The notes below the pieces were generated by a model that saw nothing but the letters and a program-made list of their open reading frames with translations, had not been told where the DNA came from and did no database searches. DNA of 64,000 nt from Azolla caroliniana. Taxonomy: Eukaryota; Plantae; Polypodiophyta. How positions within the stretch are numbered: position 1 is the first letter of the stretch; the number at the start of each line of letters is the position of its first letter. Position numbers and translations under genes: made by a program. Below are positions 49,501-60,400 of the stretch, in pieces. The stretch is taken from assembly GCA_043228905.1 (NCBI GenBank), contig JBHGNT010000003.1, positions 25,544,001-25,608,000 of the forward strand, given 5' to 3'.

Positions 49501-50593
49501 TGACATGGTTCTTCTCCAAATTTAAGATTTTCTTTTTTTATGCATGAAGCTGTGGAAACTTGAAGACAAACTTAAATCCAGTTTATAACATCAAGGTGAT
49601 GAATAATAAAAGGAGGAAGTTGTAGATTTTGACCCTTCCTGTTATAGGTTTTAGGATTCAGGCCTCGGCTGCAAAAAAGAATTCATTAAAGAGAAATGAC
49701 AACTTTGCACTTGAGAAAAGAAAGAAAGAAAAAACAGAGTTTTTATTTTTACTGTGATAAAAACCTGTTATTTATGTTAACTGCAGATGACACCAATAAG
49801 TTAAGCTTTCCATCAAGTTAAGGTTGTCTTTTTGCCGTTTTTTTCAGAGTGTTACCAGACATCTTTGAGCGATATGCAAAGGCAGATGGCTTCCTCTATA
49901 TAAAAGACCACACTATATTGAACTACTGGAACTTGCTACAAGCTGACAAAACCAAACCTTGGAACCTGCAAAAAGTGAGTTTTTACACAACTAACTTCCA
50001 TATATTCTTACACCATGTTTCGTATTCTAATTGTAAGGTTTTATTCACATTCGAAGTCCGCATAGTCGTAGCTAAAGCCAATAATGTGTCCATGAATGAG
50101 TAAATCAAAGAAATTTTATTTTCAGGTGAGCCAAGCATGGAATGTTGTCAGTCACAAGGAAAATGGAACTGCATGGTATCAGAAGAGCAGCGTTAAAAGA
50201 ACTGTGAAAAATATGGTGAAAAGTTTGCCCGTCCATTTCCGTGTTACTTATCGAGAAAACATTGACGATAGTCATTATATAGTAAGCAAGTCTGATGTTT
50301 TCTATGTTCCTCGACGATTAGTGGGAGACTTTGTTGATCTTGTTGCATTAGGGCTACAAGCAAAACTTCATCAAGAGTTGGCAATTCCATTGTTTTTCTT
50401 GTCTATGGAACATATTGACAACTATGATACTGAGGCTTTTAGTCATGTTGTGTATGGGATCGATTCGAATTCCGTAACTTATATGCCTGAAGCTCATATT
50501 GTTACCCCTCTGAAGGCAACAGATCAACACGAACTTCTTCATGTAATGAAGTACATGGCAGCAGGGGATCCTCTGCTTTTGGAGGTTCTCTAG
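46573..50593 (+). CDS. STL1: STELLO1/2-like Golgi glycosyltransferase-like protein (DUF288), about 767 aa
   Basis: Exons 46573-48281, 49848-49974 and 50126-50593. N-terminal MLVQ plus a single TM (type II), LPYNSYVRK.VGYLFAIQHGAK.IYD.D, NPYIHFGQRSVWPRGLPL, IQQGLANGFPDVD and C-terminal MAAGDPLLLE. Confidence 0.93.
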
Positions 50594-50833
50594 CTTTTAC
50601 CCTCCATTTTGAGTATCCTCTTATCTATATTTTCCCTCTATTTTGGATGTCCTCTATTTATATTTTCCTTCTGTGTTTGGGGGTCCTCGTGTGTTTTTCC
50701 CCTCTTTAATGCTTAAGGGAGGGTGCAGTAGATTGCCATTTTTGGCAACTAAGGAACGTGGATGGGATTTGTGAACTCCAAACCAATGGATCATAGGGCT
50801 TTAACCCAAACCACTACGAGCCAACCCCCTTGC
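50594..50833 (-). mobile_element. Putative tRNA-derived SINE inserted at the STELLO stop codon, with a 15-bp TSD
   Basis: Direct repeat ttggaggttctctag at 50579-50593 and 50834-50848. The minus-strand head has an A-box-like tggctcgtagtgg and a B-box-like gagttcacaaatcc, and the tail is made of degenerate ~37-bp repeats. Confidence 0.62.
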
Positions 50834-51259
50834 TTGGAGGTTCTCTAGTTGAAATCTATTATTGGAGACATCATGTAAAATGTTTCATTTGAGAGATTCC
50901 TTGTATATAGTTCATTGGATTATTGTCATGGAACCTTATCAGAGATTTAAGACAGCCTTTTATTAAAATTTACATGTACAATCCCTTAACCTTCCACATT
51001 AGGGACTAATTTATCACATATTAGGATCTAGTTCATGCAGACTTTGTGGTGTTCTTATCTTAAAAATATGTTTCGAACTAGTGAAATCCGAGCAAATTGT
51101 TCGCCTCACATTAGTATGTCCCCAAACTTTTTCAATTGAAGACAGTCAATTGTGTGAGTTGACTGCTTTAAGGAAGCTCATTCAATCGCCATTGAGTTTT
51201 GTTAATCTTATCTGTATTGTTTTGTCAATCCATATCTAATTTTATGTTTACATCTAGTC

Positions 51260-51750
51260 AGTTTGTTCTCACTCTGTTGTTCCCAAAATCTTCCATTAAA
51301 AACAAAACCCATGCATGCATACTCTGTAAGTTGGCGTTTTCTTTACTACCCACGAAAGATGAGAAAGAAATAGCAGAATCGATTGTATTATAACATATTA
51401 ATAGCACCGGAGTAGAGTGATAGTGAGTTTGTTCTCACTCTGTTGTTCCCAAAATCTTCCATTAAAAACAAAACCCATGCATGCATACTCTGTAAGTTGG
51501 CGTTTTCTTTACTACCCACGAAAGATGAGAAAGAAATAGCAGAATCGATTGTATTATAACATATTAATAGCACCGGAGTAGAGTGATAGTGCTGACAGTT
51601 TGTTTATACAGAGAGCAAAGTATCCATGACAGAATTGCGTTTTCTTTACTACCCACGAAAGAGTAAAAATAGCAGAATCGATTGTATTATAAAACATTAA
51701 TAGTACCAGAATAGGGTGATAGTGCTGATAGTTTGTTTATACAGAGCGCA
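51260..51750. repeat. 166-bp tandem duplication plus a diverged partial third copy
   Basis: agtttgttctcactctgttgttccc... at 51260 and 51426; gcgttttctttactacccacgaaaga... appears again at about 51637. Confidence 0.9.
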
Positions 51751-53179
51751 TATGAGTGATGATCAAATGGGATGGTTGACAAGTAACTTTTCTAGTAATG
51801 TATAATGGTAAAACATGTGCAGAAAGAGTTGCTACCTGGTATGTACGTATATGCATATTTATATATATTGTCATCGATTGGAAAAGTTATGTTGCACATA
51901 TATTTTACCGTACAAAGTGTGTGCAACACAAGTCGTTATTCCAATTAGTGGGCAGAAAAGTCATTGTTGATTATTCCATATATAACGGCATAGCTTTCTC
52001 CATTTAAATTCCCATCACAAATTAGGTTTCTAAATTTCATCTATGGAAGAGTACATAAATAGAGGAAAGTAGGTTAACTACCCTACAGGAAACATTTCAA
52101 CAAAATCATGATTTCCTGACCCCAAATACTCCAGGCATTACCAACCCAAATCTACCATCACTTAATCCATGGGACAGGAAAACATGTTGACCAATCCAAA
52201 TCTATCATTACTTAACACATGGGAGACAAGTTTGCCGCACAAATCTAACTTTCATGCAGGAAATATTACTTATTTTTCTTTACAAATGAGTTTATTTATG
52301 TAGGTAGATGGAAATTTCCACGCATTTGAAGAAAAAGTCATCACATGCTGAAGCTCACCATAACGATAGACATCAACGAGTCTATGACAGAGGCATGGTG
52401 TAAAAAACACGATACAATGAATTGCAAATCACCTTAGGCAGAGGAGAATTAAAATTCCATGCCTTTTGCATGCGTTGTCGTTGCCCCTTGTTTGCCGAAT
52501 CAAGGATGTGTTCCAAGCACCAAGTTATAAAACATACAGACAAAAGAAGATTAAAAACGGATATCATAAAGTATTAGGGATATTATTGATAACGGGAGTT
52601 TGAGAAAACTAAAAACGCGACAGAATTTACTACTTCGAATACAAATGTGGCTTATTACTGCAGAAATACCTTGGAAAGCTAGGGTAAAAATTTACACATT
52701 ATTTTTGAAAACCTGCAAAGCCCTAATACAACATAAAGGTATAAGCCTCTCTAAAATCTATGAGAGATAAGAGAAGGGGAGAGCGAGATGCCTATGATTG
52801 CTATATGAGGAAACGAGGCAGCCTTCTATGATTTGTATGAGACGTATATGAAAAACAAATGCAAATGAGAATGGCAAGTGCAAACAAAACCTCTCTGATT
52901 TCTATAAGAAAACAGGAGGCAGCTTCACTATTAGCGATATCTATCAGAATGACATGGAAACAAAAAACACTTCTCTGATTTTCTACGAGACAATAGAATG
53001 GAAAGGAAGAGAAGGGCGGAGGCACCAAATATGTGAGAACGCTAGAGCGTCTCCGCTAATTTCTGTTAGAGAAATGAAGCGATGAGAAATATCAGACGAG
53101 AAAGATTGAACGGCGTTTAGAGTTTAGGGCTTAATGACAGGAAGAAAGAGGTAGGAAAGAAAAAAGAAACAAGAAAACC

Positions 53180-54232
53180 CTAGATGTTGCAAATGGCTGT
53201 GTTTTTATATTCGTGGACCATCATGTTCTTGAACTCGGAGAAATCGAGAAGACCATCTCCATTTGAATCAACTTTCTTCATGATCTGAAGGCAGAAGGAA
53301 GTATCTCTGCACTGCGAGAAGCCGAGGCTACAGAGAACACTTTGCAATTCCGTCAGAGAGATGAATCCATCTGCGTTCCTATCATACACGTTAAAAGCTT
53401 CTAGAAGAACCATATCTTCTTCGTCATCACCATAACTATTGTCAGGTTGAGGGTTAGGATTCGAATCAGATTTCGGAATGTTCATTGGCTCAATATTCCC
53501 AGGATTATGGTGGGGAAAGTGAGATTTTCCATCGACGTTGCCTTCACTCCCAAGGAATTTCACTTCATTTACACTAGAATCTTTTTTATTTGCATGGAAA
53601 TTGTTACCATTTCCCAGCAAATTGGCTGATATTTTTTCATTCACATGCAAATTCTCTTTATTGTCATTGATCGTGTCTTCCGTTCTTCTAAAATTGCTTT
53701 CCTTTCCATGGAACTTGACATTCTTTGAATCAAGTTTACCTTCATTTGCCGCGAGTTTGTCTTTGCTTCCAGGATATTTACCATTGTATTCACGAAATTC
53801 AGTTTTATCTCCAAGATTCCCACGACTCCCCAATCCATCTTCTCGTTCTCGTTCTCCTTCATCTTCGTCTTCCTGTTCATCACTCAGGTCTGGTTCTGCG
53901 GGATTTGTACATAGAGACACATACAACGCCTGGAACTGATGGAATGAAAGAAGACCAGAAGACGAGTTAAACTTGAGAAGCTCAAACATTTGATGGTGGG
54001 GTATGTGCACGCCAAGTTTGTGAAGACCCTCACAGAATTCTTTCACGCTCACAAAGCCATCGTTGTTCTGGTCCAGAAGTCTGAACACACAGAGAAGTGT
54101 TTCGTCTACTGACACTTGTCCGAGATCATGATCGGAGCTCAGCGATGACGATGGGGGAGGGGAGGACGGAGACGCCGGAGATGACCATGGTTGCCTCAGA
54201 CGAGAGGCCAAGGAAGAGAAGAAAGCCGCCAT
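53180..54232 (-). CDS. Calmodulin-like (CML) EF-hand protein, intronless, 350 aa, with a greatly expanded central linker
   Basis: EF loops DQNNDGFVSVKE, DRNADGFISLTE and DSNGDGLLDFSE plus a degenerate EF2. The C-lobe LEAFNVYD...ELQSVLCSLG...C..IMKKVD is typical of plant CMLs. Confidence 0.9.
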   Translation of the reverse strand: MAAFFSSLASRLRQPWSSPASPSSPPPSSSLSSDHDLGQVSVDETLLCVFRLLDQNNDGFVSVKEFCEGLHKLGVHIPHHQMFELLKFNSSSGLLSFHQFQALYVSLCTNPAEPDLSDEQEDEDEGEREREDGLGSRGNLGDKTEFREYNGKYPGSKDKLAANEGKLDSKNVKFHGKESNFRRTEDTINDNKENLHVNEKISANLLGNGNNFHANKKDSSVNEVKFLGSEGNVDGKSHFPHHNPGNIEPMNIPKSDSNPNPQPDNSYGDDEEDMVLLEAFNVYDRNADGFISLTELQSVLCSLGFSQCRDTSFCLQIMKKVDSNGDGLLDFSEFKNMMVHEYKNTAICNI

Positions 54233-54837
54233 AGTTTTGATCTTTTTAGTTAGTTTCTAAGGGAGAAGGCAAAATTCACGCTTACTCTACTCTTGTGTGT
54301 CTTCGCCTCCTCTTTCTAAGAAGGAGTGTCGCTTCTTTACGTCTTTCTGAGATAGAAAGCTTTGTTGGATACACAGAAAGGAGACAGGAAGGTAATGCTC
54401 GACTTTCTGATGGCGTGATTCGATCTACTTCTTCGGTCCCTTGAGCTTCAAGTTCTGCTTTTATTTTCTTGAATCCGTTTGTCTTGTCTGCTGCGTCTCT
54501 TCAAACCCTAACTTCATTCTCTTGTGATCGGATCCATCATCCCCTTCCTTTTCTTCTGCGTCTGCGTCTGCGTCTGCGACTGTGTCTGTGTCTGCTTCTT
54601 CTCCTCCACCTGTTTCTTCTTCTTCTTCTTCTTCTTCTTCTTCTTCTTCAGTCTCCAACAGATTCTTGAAATGAAATGGCTGTTTGTTTTTCTCTCAACG
54701 TTCAAAAAGGACAGGGGGCTGGCTATATATATAAATTAAGTAAAAATGAAGAAGAAGAAGAAGCAGCACAAAAACATCAGAGAAATCAACGGCCACCCAA
54801 CGGCCTCCAAAAAGAACTCAATTTCTGAGTATGGGCC

Positions 54838-55520
54838 CCCATGTATGTATGTATGTATGTATGTATGTATGTATGTATACATACATGGGGTCCATCCATT
54901 GACTCTTGGACTCCATGCATCCATCCATCCATCCATCCATCCATCCATACCACCTCTTCTTCTCTTTGCTTTGCTTGGGTGTGTGTGTGTGTGTGTGTGT
55001 ATTAGTCTGATTGTCATGGTGTCCGTCTGCATCTTGATCCTTCTCGTATATGTTGTATATGTTGTGTGAATCTCTCTCTCTCTCTCTCTCTCTCTCTAAA
55101 TGTTGGATTGGTTGTGTTGTGTGTATATCTTTGTGTATCTTGGTTTTGGTGGTGATGTGTATATACACATATATATTCGTATACATTGGTTTGGTTGTGA
55201 TGTGCGTGTATATCTATGTGTATGTGATGTGTGCATGCATGGGTGTGTATCTTTGAATATGTTTGGTTGGTTGTGATTGTGATTGTGATGGTGCGTGCAT
55301 GTCTTTGGATATGTGGTTTGTTTGCAATGGTGTATGTGCACGCGCATGTGTATCTTTGGATATGTTGGTTTGGTTGTGATTGTGTGTGTGTGTGTGTGTG
55401 TGTTGGTTTGGTTTCCATGTATACATTGGTTTGGTGGCTTGTGATGGTGTACGAGTGTGTCTCTTTTGTATATGTTGGTTTATTATTATGGTGGACACAT
55501 GTGTGTGTCGGTATAACTTA
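54838..55520. repeat. Microsatellite cluster and GT-rich degenerate minisatellite upstream of the CML gene
   Basis: (ATGT)n, (ATCC)n, (GT)n, (CT)n and recurring gtgtatctttggatatgttggtttggttgtgat units. Confidence 0.8.
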
Positions 55521-57463
55521 TAAGTATGTATATATTGTTGGCTGAAAAGGCATGCCTAGTTTCGCCTTTATGCAAAAACCATCGTGAGGAAATTATTCTC
55601 TCTTGATAATGCTTTTATTCAGCTCATCAACAAGATACACCCCCACCTGTGTGTACATACGTTTATATGAAACATGCCTTTTTTACATACACACACAGTT
55701 CAATCCTTGCCCTGGGCTAAACCCTGTCTCATAGATCATTATTAGTTTCTTGTGGACATTCACAATATATCTATCTTTTGCAACCCCTCGTCCCTCCCTT
55801 GTATGAACAAATGATGGAAGGAAACATCACTCTTAGCACAAGTGTGGAACCTTTCCATGTGGCCACTGTAGGATGCACTTGCATTTGCACCCAAGAACGC
55901 TTTACAACTTATCATGAATGATGCCTAAACATGATATTTCTATACTGAGCGTTTAGAAACATGATAAGTCATCACAATTCCAATATTATGTTGATGTTTG
56001 TTATTGTTTGTAATGTGCCATTTATTCCCCCACGCTTTGTATAAGTTTGCAAGGCAAAATGTAGGACCATGTTTTACTTATTGCTCACATTTTGCGTACT
56101 ATTTTAGTCCCTCACATTTATGGCTAGTATGCAATGCAAATATAGGAGGAAATAAATAAGGGCCATCCATGTGAGGGACTTGCTTAAGATAGGGTCATCC
56201 ATACTATTAACATGTGACTTGGTGCTTGACCTTACAAGCCATGTGTAACTTCGGTTTAATCTTAATATAGATATGTCAATACAATATAGGGTAAATTATA
56301 GTTGACAAGGCAAAGATATGCCATGTGCCCCCAAGATAGAGTAAATTGAGCGAAATAACGAATTTCTAATCAAAGTTTCATTTTTAGAAGCTCTATTCCT
56401 AGCATTTATGGCTCCCTTGGAAGGGAGACATACCTTCTAATTAAATAATTGGAATCGCATGCATTCTAGGTTGCTCCAAACATGTTTGTCACATTTATGA
56501 TTAGCTTTGAAGGCAAATATAATGCCATCCATACATTACAGTGTAGATTGTCAAGATTCATGCATTCTAGGTTAGCAACTTAGCTCTAAATACATATTAT
56601 GTAAATGGTGACTAAACCATTACTTAATAATAAAAAACGCAACATCATCGCTCTCAACACTAGGTTGTCAAAAGCCAATTAACTCTAGCATGGGTTGTGT
56701 ATATATATTGAACTTTCACACTAGGTTATATATTCAATCAACCCGTTGTGGAGTGTATGTGTCTATGACGATTGAGTGTTCATTTAAGCTCCATTAGCAC
56801 TGAATCACTTGTTCCCTTATTGTTTATTAATTATCATCAAGTGACGTTCTGTATGCATGCATCTAGGCACTTGGAGTAAACTTGTTACACACAAAGGTTA
56901 ATCTATCATGGCATGTTAGCATGTGCATCATGCATGCTTGTTTGAATCTCACAAATGCTGAAGTCCAAGGTATTAATGAAGGATGTGATCTCACACCAAT
57001 CCATTCTCAAATGAGGTTGATTATATGCTAAGTAATGAAAACATTAGATGCTTTGTGGCAGCAAACAGTACCATTTCACCTTTTGACAGATGGACCATGT
57101 TGCCATTTGCACTGATTCCTTTTGCCACTCTCCCTAATATCTGCTATGTTTACATATGCATCAAAAGTTTAAAGTATAGAATGACCATATGAAAATTGTG
57201 GCTATAGACATAAAAACAATTCTCATAAATTCATCTGATAGTCGTTCGAATAGGGTCAGTCAGACATAGAATTCAATTTGATAGTAATACACAAGTTTGA
57301 TCGAATAGGGAATGATTTAATCATAATACACAGGTTTGTTAAGCTATCATAAAAGAAGCTTAGCTATAGACAACAAAATTCTCATAAGTTCATCTGATAG
57401 AGATATTCAAATAGGGTCAGTCAGACATAGTCATCAATTTAGTACCAACCACAACTTCGGGTC

Positions 57464-60400
57464 CTAAACAGTGGAAAGGTCCAAAGCCAGTATTTTGCTC
57501 CTGAGTTCACCCAAACGGCTCCCAGCCTCACAAATGAATCCAGCAGCTTGTCTCCCAGACAAAGTAGCCCCCTCCATGCTGTCAATATAATCCTGTGATG
57601 CATGGAACAAACATGAATTAGTTACAAAATTGCACAAAGGTTAAACAATCCAAAGCAATATACATGTATGCAGTATATGAGGTAGGTATGTATACATCTA
57701 TATATGTAGGTAGGCATGTATACATTTATATATGTAGTCCATCTTTATATACATTTGTACGTATGCACCCATGAGAGAGATTACAGTAAACATTCTGGAA
57801 AAAGACACGAAAGACTATACATAATATCGGTGACCAAGTAAAAAACACAATCCTATCTAATGCATGGATCAACCTAGAGAATAATCCAAAAGCAACTAAA
57901 ATAAAATAAAATAAAATAAGACCAACAGGAGTGTAAACCAACACACTGGTTTGGATTCATATAAATGCCCACCAGATGAATTTTCAAGATTCATGGGTTT
58001 CTATCCCTTGCCTAGAGATGAGCAGAAACCATACTTTTGTGATAACTACCAAATAGAAAATTTGAGAATAGCATTATGACTTGTAATAATGCCAAAGCTG
58101 TATGACCCAAGTCTTATTTTGCATTATGTATATGTGATAAGATTTGTTAATCCAAACATCTTACCTGTTTGGTATATGATCCTGCCAAAAAGAAGTTAGA
58201 AATAGGAGTTTTCTGATCAGGCCGATATGGATCCAGCCCAGGTGCTTCACGATATAAGGATTGCCCAAGTTTTACAACTGAAGACCATGTAACCTCCAGA
58301 CCTTCAGCAGATGGAAATAGTGATATCACCTACCTCCAAAAAGGCAGTTTTAAAAATCAGAGAAAATTCGGAGTACTCACACCAAATCCCAACACATGAA
58401 CAATCAGCTAACGACAGGCCTTGGCCAGCACAATATGGATGTCTAGCTTCCCTTGCATACTCTCTTTTCAATTATTACTTGGCCTATTAGCTGACGACGG
58501 GCTTTTGTCTGCCACAAAATATATGGCTAGCTTCCCTTGCACACTGTTTTTCATTATTACTTGGTCTACTAGCTAAAACGGGCGCCACAATATGGATGAC
58601 TAGCTTCACTTGTGCACTCTCTATTTCATTGTTTACATGGTCTATTAGCTAGCAATGGGCCTTTCGCCACCACAATATGGATGGCTAACTTCCCTTGCGC
58701 ACTCGTCATGATGGCTTGGCATTGTAGTCTGGTCATTTCTAATTAATACACACTCTTAATATACTAAGACTCTAGTCTTCTACATGTTCATTAGGTTAAT
58801 TATGTGACCGGGAGAGAGTGGTCCTAACCAAACAAGTACCTGTTGCTTCACATTGCAGTCATTTCTAATTAATACACTCTTAATATACAAAGCCTCTCGT
58901 CTTCTACATGTTCATTAGGTTAATTATGTGACCGGAGAAAGTGGTCCTAACCAAACAAGTACCTGTTGCTTCACTTTGCGGTCATTTCTAATTAATACAT
59001 TCTTAATATACTAAAACTCTAGTCTTCTACATGTTCATTTGGTTAATTACGTGACCGGGAGAAAGTGGTCTTAACCAAACAAGTACCTGTTGCTTCACTT
59101 TGCGGACAATTTCATCATTTTGAAGAGGCATATAAGGTTCTCCCGGGGTCAAAACAACCCTGAAATGGACAAGCAATCAAAACAAATAAGGATCTTAAAC
59201 CACAATTCAGGAGAACTTAGTAGAACAGCATTGAAACATCCAAACATACTGTAGGAGTGAGCCTTCTCCTGGCTTATAATAGTCCTCTGGAGATGTAAGA
59301 GCGAGATCTGCAAAGCAAGAGAAATCAGCATCTCCTGTATATAGAAGGTTATCCATCCCTGATGCTTGCTTGAGCTGCCTAGACCTCTCAATATCCTGCA
59401 TCTCAGTGACCCACCCATTATACCTAAGCTGAACTGTAATGACAGGTACACCCACGAGTTTGTAGATATTATTAAATGTGTCATATTCTTTCCATTCTTC
59501 CGGCAATAGCCTCTTTATACCAGGAACATCACAAGCTGCAAAAGAAAAACATAATGAAGATGGATTAAAATGGGCTTTGCCAAAGGTCTATCTATAAGCC
59601 CAAAATGTAACTTGATACCTGCCACATAAACATCAGCCTTGATTACTTCCTTCTTGTTTGCCTGCGATTTAAGAAAGGAGAACTCAACACTTGCAAAGAA
59701 TTATAAGCTTCAAAGTGGAAAGCGTGTAGACTACATTGAAATCAATAAAATCCAAGGGAGGGGGAAGAACAGACTCTGCTGCTAGTAACCCTCGCTTTCA
59801 AACAGGAAACTGGAAACTGAAGTTTTCTTTATTTACCTTTGACATTACTAATCCAGACACATATGGTACACCATCTGATAAACGATCATGCAAAATTTCT
59901 CGGCAGCCCCATCTCAAATGAAACCTGAAAGGACATAGCATATGAAGAATCAATGCATTAACACTGTAGGCAGAACCCTAGTTCTTTGAACAAAGAAATG
60001 TTGATCCCCACCTCCCACCCCTATCAGTTATATATTTGCTGATGGGACCACTCAACCGAACATCAGGTGAGCCATTCAACATTCGAAGCAATGAGGCCTC
60101 TGTCTTAATTGCAAATAAGGTGAAAATGGTAAGCATGCAACGAGCGCTTATATTATCGCAATCAATGAATCCTAGAGCATAGGCAACTGGATCCCACATC
60201 CTCTTGATGCTCATCCGGGTTCCTCCGTGGGATATGAACCACTCTGAAAAGCTAACCTGAAGTTGCATTATGGAATCAAAATAAACCAAATATAAAGACA
60301 TGTAAGGTATGCAAGGAAGGCTTAGTAGAGGATGAATATTCCTTGCTTTTTACTTATTCGCACACTGAGACTTGGTGCTTCAAAGTATGAATATCCGTTC

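Noticed and set aside
50671-50688. Resemblance to miR395 (gtgtttggggg)
   Set aside because: The match is partial, there is no precursor hairpin, and it lies in the repeat tail of the putative SINE.
54461-55545. Many overlapping ORFs with poly-E/K/F, HT and CV repeats
   Set aside because: They are translation artefacts of microsatellites. The same applies to ORFs at 2017-2446, 42490-42788 and 45827-46544.
57360-57463. SDEL-like codons downstream of the ZDS stop, resembling the usual ZDS C-terminus
   Set aside because: They are separated from the CDS by in-frame stops and lie within a local duplication; there is no support for an extended C-terminus.
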